In this document: positions 1-7,709 of the stretch, in pieces
Layout: each line of letters opens with the position of its first letter
Numbering within the stretch: the first letter of the stretch is position 1
Source: Candidatus Moraniibacteriota bacterium
Lineage (GTDB): Bacteria > Patescibacteriota > Minisyncoccia > Moranbacterales > UBA1568
Assembly: GCA_023261645.1 (NCBI GenBank)
Contig: JAHFOO010000001.1
Location: forward strand, 181,047 to 245,046
Direction of reading: 5' to 3'
DNA: 64,000 nt
Program-made: the position numbers and the translations under genes
Notes under the pieces: model-generated
What the model was told of the DNA's origin: nothing
Seen by the model: only the letters and a program-made list of their open reading frames with translations
Database searches by the model: none

Positions 1-147
1 TCCGGATTATTACTTACGCCGTTGAACGACTGAGCGTCGTCCCGTATGCGATGCAAGAAGTATCTTTTCATCCTCTGATGCTTTTTCTCTGGTACGCTTT
101 TCTTCTTTCTGTTATTCTCCTAATGAGAAAGTATTCTATTCGAAAAT

Positions 148-996
148 ATGTCCAAACAAAAAATTTACGGTAGCTTTTTGGTACTTATTCTTTGCACTGT
201 GTGTATCTTTGCAGGTATTAGGTGGTTTGATACTTATCAAAAAACGACAGAAGTAATATTTCTCAACGTTGGAGAAGGTGATGCCATACTTTTTTCTCAA
301 GGATCAAATCAGATTCTCATCGATGGCGGACGGTCAGGCAAAGATCTCCTGGCACGTCTAGGAAGACACATACCGTTTTGGGATCGAACGATAGAGATCA
401 TAATCGCGACACATCCTGATGCCGACCATATCGGCGGTTTTGCGTCTTTGCTCTCAGCATATCGAGTGGAAAAATTCCTCTATACCGGAGCAGAGAGCAA
501 GACAGAAGTCTTTCTCCTTCTGAAGAGAGCTTTGTCGGAAAATAAAACGGATATTTTGAAAATATTCCGAGGGAGTAAAGTGGAGCTTCCTGGCGAGGGA
601 AACCTCTTTATCGAATATCCACTTTCAATACTCCCCGAAGAGATGGCAGAAACCAATACGGGCAGTATTGTCGCGCGTTTCAGTTATGGAACGACACAGA
701 TGCTTTTTACCGGAGATCTACCGAGTGAAGAGAAGGTGCTTCCGGATATACGCCCCGTTGATATTCTCAAGGTCGCCCATCATGGCTCGCATTATTCCAC
801 GAGCGCTGATTTTTTAAGCAGACTTATGCCACAGGAAGCAGTGATTTCTGTCGGGAAAAATAGTTATGGACATCCCAGTCCAGATGTCTTGAAACGTCTC
901 GAAGAAGAACATATCAAGATTCGGCGGACAGACACAGACGGGGATATTCGTTATCTCTGCACGGAAACAGTGGCGAAATGCGTTTTTGCACGATAG
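148..996 (+). CDS. MBL-fold metallo-hydrolase, ComEC/Rec2 C-terminal domain-like, with one N-terminal TM helix
   Basis: Motifs HPDADHIGG and KVAHHGS typical of the ComEC beta-lactamase-like domain; hydrophobic N-terminus. Bases 3-173 in another frame encode a TM-like tail that may be the end of an upstream ComEC membrane domain. Confidence 0.75.
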   Translation: MSKQKIYGSFLVLILCTVCIFAGIRWFDTYQKTTEVIFLNVGEGDAILFSQGSNQILIDGGRSGKDLLARLGRHIPFWDRTIEIIIATHPDADHIGGFASLLSAYRVEKFLYTGAESKTEVFLLLKRALSENKTDILKIFRGSKVELPGEGNLFIEYPLSILPEEMAETNTGSIVARFSYGTTQMLFTGDLPSEEKVLPDIRPVDILKVAHHGSHYSTSADFLSRLMPQEAVISVGKNSYGHPSPDVLKRLEEEHIKIRRTDTDGDIRYLCTETVAKCVFAR

Positions 997-1191
997 TACG
1001 GCAGAAAAAAATCACTCTGTAGCTGAGAGTCCTGATGAGTCTAGAGTAGAGCCAAAAGATTGCTTTTGGTTGTAAGATCTGAATGGCTAAAATTGCGTTT
1101 CAGATGAGAATTAAAGACATATGAGTTGCCAGTTTTGTTTTTTTGTGTCATACTCATTCGTAATAGCGTAATTGTTTAGTAAAGAAATACT

Positions 1192-1797
1192 ATGCCGACA
1201 CACCAGAAAAAGGAACGAACTCTTATCATTCTCAAGCCGGATGCCATCCAGCGCGCTCTTATGGGAGAGATTATCCGTCGTATCGAACGCACCGGACTGA
1301 AATTTACGGCGATGAAACTCGCTCTCGCAAGCGAAGACCAGTGCTGGAAACACTACAGCAAGGATGATGAGTGGTATCAGAAAAAAGGAGAACGAATGGT
1401 GGGTGACCGCAAGGAACACAATCTTCCGATAGAGAAAGAGCCGATGGAGTATGGCAAAGACATCATCCGAACGATTGTCGATTATCTGACCTGTGGACCG
1501 AGTCTCATAGCTATCGTAGAAGGACACGCTGCCACGATGATCGTGAAGAAACTCGTGGGCGGTACGGAGCCGACATCTTCTGATATCGGAACGATTCGAG
1601 GAGACTTCACTGTTGATTCATACAGTCTGTCTGCTTTGGATAATCGCGCCGTGCGTAATCTTGTGCACTGTTCGGAAGATTCGGCAGAAGCAGAAAGAGA
1701 AATCCCCATCTGGTTTCAGGAGAACGAAATCATCAATTACCGACTCGTCCAGGAACAAATTCTGTACGATGTAAACCTTGACGGTATTTTGGAATAG
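1192..1797 (+). CDS. ndk: nucleoside diphosphate kinase, unusually long (201 aa) with an internal insertion of about 50 aa
   Basis: ERTLIILKPDA start and NLVHCSEDSAEAEREIPIWF C-terminal NDK signature including the active-site His. Confidence 0.85.
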   Translation: MPTHQKKERTLIILKPDAIQRALMGEIIRRIERTGLKFTAMKLALASEDQCWKHYSKDDEWYQKKGERMVGDRKEHNLPIEKEPMEYGKDIIRTIVDYLTCGPSLIAIVEGHAATMIVKKLVGGTEPTSSDIGTIRGDFTVDSYSLSALDNRAVRNLVHCSEDSAEAEREIPIWFQENEIINYRLVQEQILYDVNLDGILE

Positions 1798-1813
1798 ACT
1801 TTCATATCAGATA

Positions 1814-1849
1814 GGCAGTCTCTCAAAAAAGACTGCCTTTTTGTTTTTT
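1814..1849 (+). terminator. rho-independent terminator after ndk
   Basis: 8-bp stem GGCAGTCT/AGACTGCC with an 8-nt loop, followed by a T-run. Confidence 0.7.
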
Positions 1850-1912
1850 GAGGTATAATGAGTATCTGAAATAGGAATCGGGCTGTAGCCTGCCTACGGC
1901 AGATAAATATAT

Positions 1913-1983
1913 CGGGGTGTCGTATAGTGGTAGTACGCAAGGCTGGGGGTCTTGTAGTCGGAGTCCGATTCTCCGCGCCCCGA
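1913..1983 (+). tRNA. tRNA-Pro (anticodon GGG)
   Basis: Hand-folded cloverleaf: acceptor CGGGGTG/CGCCCCG with the Pro-specific C1:G72 pair and discriminator A73; U8; D-stem GTAT/GTAC with loop AGTGGTA; anticodon stem CAAGG/TCTTG; loop C-U-GGG-G-G; T-stem CGGAG/CTCCG. The T-loop TCCGATT is atypical (C at 55). No encoded CCA. Confidence 0.8.
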
Positions 1984-2054
1984 CAATGAAGTTAAATTCC
2001 CTGGAGCATATAGGCTGGGTTCGATTCCCAGCAGCCCGACATCAGTTATCGCAT

Positions 2055-2213
2055 AAGGCTGGGGGGCGAAAAGTGAACTCTTGCCTACCGGCAGGCAGGG
2101 CTTCACATTTCGCGGGTGTTTCCGTAAGACGTCTCGGCTTACGAATGAGAAACACACCGGACTTGTAGTCGGAGTCCTCCTCCAGAGGCGGACAGGGATT
2201 CTCCGCGCCCCGA
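2055..2213 (+). pseudogene. degenerate duplicate of the tRNA-Pro anticodon-arm-to-3'-end segment, with insertions of about 95 nt in the anticodon loop and about 20 nt in the T-loop
   Basis: AAGGCTGGGGG, CTTGTAGTCGGAGTCC and ATTCTCCGCGCCCCGACAATGAAGTTAAATTC are repeated near-identically from the 1938-1999 region. No 5' acceptor or D-arm partner was found. Confidence 0.45.
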
Positions 2214-2293
2214 CAATGAAGTTAAATTCTCTGGAATGATAGAGACAGGGACGTCCACTATTCCGATCATTTGATCTCACCTCTGGCTTACGA

Positions 2294-2326
2294 TAAAAAA
2301 ATCCTCCGTGATGGAGGATTTTTTGT
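2294..2326. terminator. bidirectional rho-independent terminator between the tRNA locus and convergent rpmB
   Basis: A-run, stem ATCCTCC/GGAGGAT with loop GTGAT, then a T-run. Confidence 0.75.
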
Positions 2327-2347
2327 CGATAGAAGAAAAATATTTTC

Positions 2348-2524
2348 TTAATTCGTGACCTTAGCAAGAGTACGCAGAGCACGAGCAGAAACACGCAGTT
2401 TCACACCACCGATGCGTTTCGCTTGCAGGTTGATTTTGAACTTGCGACGAGTGGCGATATTGGAATGACTGCGAGCATTGCCTGATGCTGTTCCTCGTCC
2501 GGTAAGTTGGCACATTCGGCTCAT
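2348..2524 (-). CDS. rpmB: 50S ribosomal protein L28
   Basis: Manual minus-strand translation [58 protein letters not shown] matches L28. Missed by the ORF track because it is 58 aa; the listed ORF 2361..2615 is in the wrong frame. Confidence 0.85.
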   Translation of the reverse strand: MSRMCQLTGRGTASGNARSHSNIATRRKFKINLQAKRIGGVKLRVSARALRTLAKVTN

Positions 2525-2592
2525 ACGATTGTTCTTGAGATATTACCTGAAGTAATGTATCATAGACACATACTTTTGACAAGAGTCTTCTT

Positions 2593-3315
2593 ATGGCAAG
2601 TGAAATAGTTCTCATAGGGTTTTATTTATTGACGCTCGTGTACTCCGTGATCATTCACGAAGTGTCGCATGGTGTGGTGGCTCTGTGGCTCGGGGATATG
2701 ACGGCGAAATACGCCGATCGTCTGAATCTAAACCCTCTCAAACACATCGATCCATTCGGTTCGGTCATTTTGCCAGTGCTGTTATTTGTCAGTACAGGCT
2801 TCGCTTTCGGGTGGGCGAAACCAGTTCCTTACAATCCTTACAATTTGCGCGATCAGAAATGGGGACCGACCTTGGTTGCTCTGGCCGGACCGGGAATCAA
2901 TCTTCTTTTGGCTGGTATCGCGGCGCTTATCGCCAAGATTTTACCGATGACGTATCTTGCCAAAATAGACATTATGAATCGCTTTGTCGGAGTCATCGGT
3001 GGTGGAGGGAATTTCCTCGATCGCTTTACGCTCTTGGCAGAAGCGCTCTCGGGTTCGCTTGCCAATATATTCTTTGGACTGCTCCTTCTGGTGATATTTT
3101 GGAATGTCGTTCTGGCCTGTTTCAATCTACTTCCAGTGCCACCACTTGATGGTTCCAAATTGCTCTACGCTCTCGTGCCACTGCGTGAACGCACAGTGTT
3201 CTTTCTGGAACAATATGGACTATTTGTACTTATATTCGTTATTTTCTTTTTTTCCGCGCCTATCAGTATTTTCATCAACTTTGTGTTGAGTTTATTTCTG
3301 CGATTTACCCTGTAG
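2593..3315 (+). CDS. site-2 protease family zinc metalloprotease (peptidase M50), polytopic membrane protein
   Basis: HEVSH zinc-binding motif inside a TM helix; multiple hydrophobic segments; LLPVPPLDGS motif. Confidence 0.8.
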   Translation: MASEIVLIGFYLLTLVYSVIIHEVSHGVVALWLGDMTAKYADRLNLNPLKHIDPFGSVILPVLLFVSTGFAFGWAKPVPYNPYNLRDQKWGPTLVALAGPGINLLLAGIAALIAKILPMTYLAKIDIMNRFVGVIGGGGNFLDRFTLLAEALSGSLANIFFGLLLLVIFWNVVLACFNLLPVPPLDGSKLLYALVPLRERTVFFLEQYGLFVLIFVIFFFSAPISIFINFVLSLFLRFTL

Positions 3316-3363
3316 GATGTTTTTTTCTGTCGTTCATTATCCTCTTGTTCTCTCCTGTCTTGA

Positions 3364-3512
3364 CCCCGACACCAATTGAGCTTTAATTCTTGGAAGTCAG
3401 CGGTTTTTTCGTGAATATTCCTATTTTTTAGGCATGTAGAAATGCTTCATTTCTATCGTGCTGAAGCTCAATTGGTGTTGGGGTTGACAGGATTAAACCT
3501 ATTAGGTAATAT
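3364..3512 (+). promoter_or_regulatory. 20-bp inverted repeat (CCCCGACACCAATTGAGCTT ... AAGCTCAATTGGTGTTGGGG) abutting a consensus sigma-70 promoter (TTGACA, 17 bp, TAATAT) for the str operon
   Basis: Arms at 3364-3383 and 3464-3483; -35 at 3484-3489 and -10 at 3507-3512. The same architecture recurs upstream of tuf at 7442-7557. Confidence 0.65.
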
Positions 3513-3609
3513 AGATTGTACGGAAAAGCAAAGGCTTTTTCTATTTTATTGCAAGATGAATTTCGTCTTTTCCCTAGATTCTAAATTCAACATTCTAAAT
3601 TCAATTTTT

Positions 3610-4029
3610 GTGGCAACGATCAACCAGCTCATCAAACACCCTCGTACAACGGCTTCCAAGAAGTCGAAGTCTCCTGCGATGACCTATTCTATCAATAGCG
3701 TCAAAAACCGTAATACATTTCATGACAGTCCGTTCAAACGAGGTGTCTGTATCAAGGTGTCGACGACTACTCCGAAGAAGCCGAACTCAGCTTTGCGGAA
3801 AATCGCTCGTGTACGTTTGACGAACGGTATGGAAGTGACCGCGTATATCCCAGGGGAAGGTCATAACCTCCAGGAACACTCCATCGTTATGATTCGCGGT
3901 GGGCGAGTGAAGGATCTTCCAGGTGTGCGTTATCATATCGTCCGAGGTATTTTCGATGCAGCGGGTGTAGCAGCTCGAAAGCAGAGCCGATCAAAATATG
4001 GTGTGAAGAGAGACAAGAAGAAAGACTAA
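3610..4029 (+). CDS. rpsL: 30S ribosomal protein S12
   Basis: (V/M)[11 protein letters not shown] ... [59 protein letters not shown]. Start assigned to GTG 3610 to match the conserved S12 N-terminus; ATG 3556 is an alternative. The upstream part of ORF 3442 overlaps the promoter and is unlikely to be coding. Confidence 0.9.
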   Translation: MATINQLIKHPRTTASKKSKSPAMTYSINSVKNRNTFHDSPFKRGVCIKVSTTTPKKPNSALRKIARVRLTNGMEVTAYIPGEGHNLQEHSIVMIRGGRVKDLPGVRYHIVRGIFDAAGVAARKQSRSKYGVKRDKKKD

Positions 4030-4136
4030 TGAAAAAGAATTTTGAATCTCAAATTTTGAATCAAGAGAGAAGAACTTTTAGAAAATTGAAACATTGGAAA
4101 TTGTTTAGAAATTGATAATTGAAAATTTATAGAATT

Positions 4137-4604
4137 ATGCCACGAAGAAAACGACAATTTACACGCGAATGGAAACCGGATACTCTCTACAGTAATCCGC
4201 TGGTTGGTCATTTCGTGGGTATGATTATGTGGAATGGCAAGAAAAGCATCGCCGAAAAAATCATCTACGATTCTTTTGATATCATTCATGAGCGTACGAA
4301 GAAAGGCGGACTGAATACTTTCGAACAAGCCATCAAGAACGTTTCTCCGCTTCTTCAATTGAAATCTCGTCGTGTCGGTGGTGCCAACTATCAGGTGCCG
4401 GTGCCGGTGTCCGGTGAACGCCGTCAGGTGCTGGCTATGCGTTGGATTCGTGATGCTTGTCGCAAGCGTAAGGGCAAGGGAATGGCAGAAAAGCTGGCCG
4501 ATGAACTTCTTGATGCTTCGAACAAACTCGGCTCTGCGATGAAGAAACGTGAAGAAACTCACCGTATGGCCGAAGCCAACAAGGCCTTTGCGCATTTTGC
4601 GTAA
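4137..4604 (+). CDS. rpsG: 30S ribosomal protein S7
   Basis: MPRRKRQFTREWKPD ... conserved S7 sequence; ATG at 4137 chosen over the upstream in-frame start. Confidence 0.92.
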   Translation: MPRRKRQFTREWKPDTLYSNPLVGHFVGMIMWNGKKSIAEKIIYDSFDIIHERTKKGGLNTFEQAIKNVSPLLQLKSRRVGGANYQVPVPVSGERRQVLAMRWIRDACRKRKGKGMAEKLADELLDASNKLGSAMKKREETHRMAEANKAFAHFA

Positions 4605-4776
4605 AGCAAAATGCAATTTCTAATCTTCAATTTCTAATTTCTAATGAATTTTCAATGTCAAAAGGCATAACGGAAATTCATTTTGATAGTGGGACATTAA
4701 TGCGTTAGAAATTCCTGCTCGCTCGGCAGACGGGGTTTAGAAATTAGTAATTAGAACTTAGAAATTAACTAAAAAT

Positions 4777-6882
4777 ATGGCCCGAAAAACTCCCATTGAA
4801 AAGTATCGCAATATCGGAATCATCGCGCATATAGATGCTGGTAAGACCACCACGACGGAGCGTATTTTGTTTTATACCGGTATCACTCACAAGATCGGTG
4901 AGGTACACGAAGGAGCGGCTACGATGGACTGGATGGAACAGGAACAGGAACGTGGTATCACTATTACGTCTGCTGCTACCACTTGTTTTTGGAAGGGATA
5001 TCATATCAATATCATCGATACTCCCGGTCACGTGGACTTTACGGTAGAAGTAGAGCGATCACTCCGTGTACTTGATGGCGGGGTAGTGGTATTTGATGGC
5101 AAAGAAGGTGTCGAACCACAATCCGAAACAGTGTGGCGTCAAGCGGAAAAGTACAATGTGCCTCGTATGTGCTTTATCAACAAGATTGACAAAGAGGGGG
5201 CGGTTTTCGAAGAAGCTCTCGATTCTATCGTGAATCGTCTCACGCCTCACGCCGTGGCTATTCAATATCCGATGGGACTGCGTGGCGATTTTTATGGTCT
5301 GATTGATCTGATGACGATGAAATCTTTCACCTTCGAAGGAGAGATGGGAGAAAAGGTGATAGAAGGAGAAATTCCGGCAGAGTATCAGGACAAAGCGAAA
5401 GAATGGCGTGAAAAAATGGTAGAAAAAATTTCTGAGACCGATGATGCTTTGACGGAGAAATATCTGAATGCAGAAGAAATCTCTACCGTGGAATTGAAAG
5501 CAGCTCTACGGAGAGCAACGATCGATGTGAAGCTTCATCCGGTACTCATCGGAACAGCTCTCCGTAACAAAGGCGTCCAGCTTATGCTTGATGCTGTTGT
5601 TGACTATTTGCCATCACCAATTGATATTCCTCCAGTAGCCTGTATTGATATGAAAACGGACAAGGAAGTGATCCGTGAAACACGTGATGATGAGAAATTT
5701 TCAGCACTGGCTTTCAAGATTGCGACGGATCCATTTGTCGGACAATTGACATTTTTCCGTGTGTATTCCGGTACGGTGAAAGCCGGGTCATATGTTTTGA
5801 ACTCAAGCAAGAATGAGAAAGAACGTATCGGACGAATTCTTCGTATGCACGCCAATCACCGTGAAGAAATCGAAGAACTGACAGCAGGTGATATCGGAGC
5901 ACTCGTCGGTATGAAAGTCACCACCACAGGCAACACACTCTGTGATCCTGAATTCCCAGTCATCCTTGAATCGATCACTTTTCCAGAACCGGTTATCGAT
6001 ATCTCTATCGAGCCGAAGACCAAAGTTGACCAAGAGAAAATGGGGATGGCTTTGAAAAAATTACTTGAAGAAGATCCGACGTTCCGTGTGCATACCGATG
6101 AAGAAACCGGTCAGACCATTATGTCGGGTATGGGAGAATTGCATCTCGATATTCTTGTCGACCGGATGAAGCGCGAATTCAAAGTGGAAGTGAATGTCGG
6201 TCGTCCTCAGGTGGCCTATCGTGAAACGATTCGTGACAAGGCGGAATCAGAAGGAAAATTCATTCGTCAGTCAGGCGGTCGTGGACAGTACGGGCATTGT
6301 TGGCTCCGTGTGGAACCACAAGCAGAACCGGGTATGGGGTATGAATTTTTGAACGAAGTGAAGGGTGGTGCCATTCCACAGGAATTTATCAAACCGATCG
6401 ACAAGGGTGTTCAGGAAGCGATGCTGACCGGTGTACTGGCAGGGTATCCGATGGTGGATATCAAAGCCACGGTATATGATGGATCGTATCATGATGTCGA
6501 CTCGTCCGAAGCAGCTTTCCGTATAGCCGGATCGATGGCGTTCAAAGATGCCTGTCGCAAAGCTCGTCCAGTGCTCCTCGAACCGATTATGAAAGTGGTG
6601 GTCATTACCCCGGAACAGTTTATGGGTGATATCGTGGGAGATATCTCTTCCAAGCGTGGTGTCATCAAAGAAATGAACGCACGTGGTGAAGGAAATTCCG
6701 CAGTGAAGGAAATTCATGCTGAAGTACCGCTGTCCTCGATGTTCGGCTATGCGACGCAGATGCGTTCGATGTCTCAGGGTCGCGCCAACTACTCTATGGA
6801 ATTCGGTCATTATGCTGAAGTTCCGAATAACGTGGCTACCGAAATCATCGGTTCGCGTACTCCAGCCGGAGAAGCAAAATAG
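4777..6882 (+). CDS. fusA: elongation factor G
   Basis: [13 protein letters not shown]-domain, 701 aa, classic EF-G sequence throughout. Confidence 0.97.
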   Translation: MARKTPIEKYRNIGIIAHIDAGKTTTTERILFYTGITHKIGEVHEGAATMDWMEQEQERGITITSAATTCFWKGYHINIIDTPGHVDFTVEVERSLRVLDGGVVVFDGKEGVEPQSETVWRQAEKYNVPRMCFINKIDKEGAVFEEALDSIVNRLTPHAVAIQYPMGLRGDFYGLIDLMTMKSFTFEGEMGEKVIEGEIPAEYQDKAKEWREKMVEKISETDDALTEKYLNAEEISTVELKAALRRATIDVKLHPVLIGTALRNKGVQLMLDAVVDYLPSPIDIPPVACIDMKTDKEVIRETRDDEKFSALAFKIATDPFVGQLTFFRVYSGTVKAGSYVLNSSKNEKERIGRILRMHANHREEIEELTAGDIGALVGMKVTTTGNTLCDPEFPVILESITFPEPVIDISIEPKTKVDQEKMGMALKKLLEEDPTFRVHTDEETGQTIMSGMGELHLDILVDRMKREFKVEVNVGRPQVAYRETIRDKAESEGKFIRQSGGRGQYGHCWLRVEPQAEPGMGYEFLNEVKGGAIPQEFIKPIDKGVQEAMLTGVLAGYPMVDIKATVYDGSYHDVDSSEAAFRIAGSMAFKDACRKARPVLLEPIMKVVVITPEQFMGDIVGDISSKRGVIKEMNARGEGNSAVKEIHAEVPLSSMFGYATQMRSMSQGRANYSMEFGHYAEVPNNVATEIIGSRTPAGEAK

Positions 6883-6903
6883 ATTGGAAAAAAATCTGAA
6901 AAA

Positions 6904-6930
6904 AGAGGCTCGCAGGAGTCTCTTTTCATT
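6904..6930 (+). terminator. probable rho-independent terminator after fusA
   Basis: 8-bp stem AGAGGCTC/GAGTCTCT (one G-U), loop GCAG, short T-run. Confidence 0.55.
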
Positions 6931-7112
6931 ACCAATCCATGTTTGCTGGCAGACAGGGAAGCGAGTGGGCATAGTTGTCTTTTTTGTTGATCTCTGTTAT
7001 TTTGAAAAACTGCAACATTCCATTGTAGGTATGGTTGTTTACCAATTTTTTTGAATGGAGGTTTTCTTTGATGATGCTAGAGCCTTTTATTTTTATTGAA
7101 AAGGAGAAAGTT

Positions 7113-7337
7113 ATGACGACAATCCAGAAAGTCGGAGGCGATGGTCCATTCTCGATATCATCCTTGAAACACCAGGCGTACGGATTGAAGAGGGATCTTG
7201 TGAAGAGAAACCTGGAACCTCATACAAGAAGAAGAGCTGAAGCTACTTTATTAGGGCTTCTGATGGAGCTTAAAAAACATGGTATTTCAATTTCAAAAAG
7301 AAAGTCTCGTGTTCTGACAGCATCGAAAACAGCGTAA
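7113..7337 (+). CDS. small basic hypothetical protein (74 aa) inserted between fusA and tuf
   Basis: Strong SD AAGGAG 6 nt upstream of ATG 7113; followed by a strong terminator; no recognisable domain. Confidence 0.45.
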   Translation: MTTIQKVGGDGPFSISSLKHQAYGLKRDLVKRNLEPHTRRRAEATLLGLLMELKKHGISISKRKSRVLTASKTA

Positions 7338-7366
7338 AAATTCCAGGATGTATCAAGTGTATAATT

Positions 7367-7410
7367 GAACCGCGACAACCATATAATATGGCTTGTACGC
7401 GGTTTTTTTC
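7367..7410 (+). terminator. rho-independent terminator
   Basis: Long hairpin AACCGCGACAACCATAT/ATATGGCTTGTACGCGGTT followed by a T7 run. Confidence 0.7.
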
Positions 7411-7441
7411 TGGCTAAATTAAATATGTAGAGACGCTTGAT

Positions 7442-7557
7442 CCCCACACCAATTGAGCTTTTGTTTAGGAGGAATATGAGTTTTTTATATTATTTTTTTG
7501 TCTTGTTTAAGCTCAATTGGTGTGGGGGTTGACAGATATCAGGCAAGTTGTTATTAT
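7442..7557 (+). promoter_or_regulatory. second copy of the 20-bp inverted repeat (CCCCACACCAATTGAGCTT ... AAGCTCAATTGGTGTGGGGG) abutting a consensus promoter (TTGACA, 17 bp, TATTAT) for tuf
   Basis: Arms 7442-7460 and 7509-7528; -35 at 7529-7534, -10 at 7552-7557; 19/20 identity to the rpsL copy. Confidence 0.65.
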
Positions 7558-7709
7558 GCTCAGTGATGCTTTTACCCAAGCTTTTTTCATTTGTATTTGG
7601 AAAAAATTTGGTGAAAAAGAAACATTTGGTAATATATATAATTCGTAATTATTAGGAGGACGCAAAGCTTTACGCAAGTGAAGATGATGCTTACTCATAC
7701 GATAAGGCT

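Noticed and set aside
1879-2039. Outer tRNA-like element (perfect acceptor pair CGGGCTG/CAGCCCG-A plus canonical T-arm) as a second, intron-containing class II tRNA hosting tRNA-Pro
   Set aside because: After removing tRNA-Pro the remaining 90 nt cannot form an anticodon arm or a convincing D-arm by hand. It is kept only as an oddity in the findings, not as a tRNA feature. tmRNA was also considered and rejected: there is no G3:U70 pair, no tag-like reading frame, and it is too short.
2040-2295. RNase P RNA or SRP RNA in the structured region after the tRNA
   Set aside because: The conserved P4 sequences (AGGAAAGUCCGGGCUCC ... ACAGAACCCGGCUUA) and the SRP domain IV motif are not present. Only loose resemblance (ACACCGGACUU) was seen.
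2361-2615. 84-aa minus-strand ORF from the track near rpmB
   Set aside because: Wrong frame. The real gene is the 58-aa L28 reading frame at 2348-2524, found by manual translation.
3442-3609. N-terminal 56 codons of the track ORF 3442..4029
   Set aside because: This part overlaps the inverted-repeat arm and the sigma-70 promoter of the str operon. The conserved S12 sequence begins at 3610 (GTG), or at most 3556.
7476-7532. 18-codon ORF MSFLYYFFVLFKLNWCGG inside the tuf upstream hairpin
   Set aside because: The SD-to-ATG spacing is only 3 nt and the stop lies inside the -35 hexamer. It is reported only as a note within the promoter-element finding.
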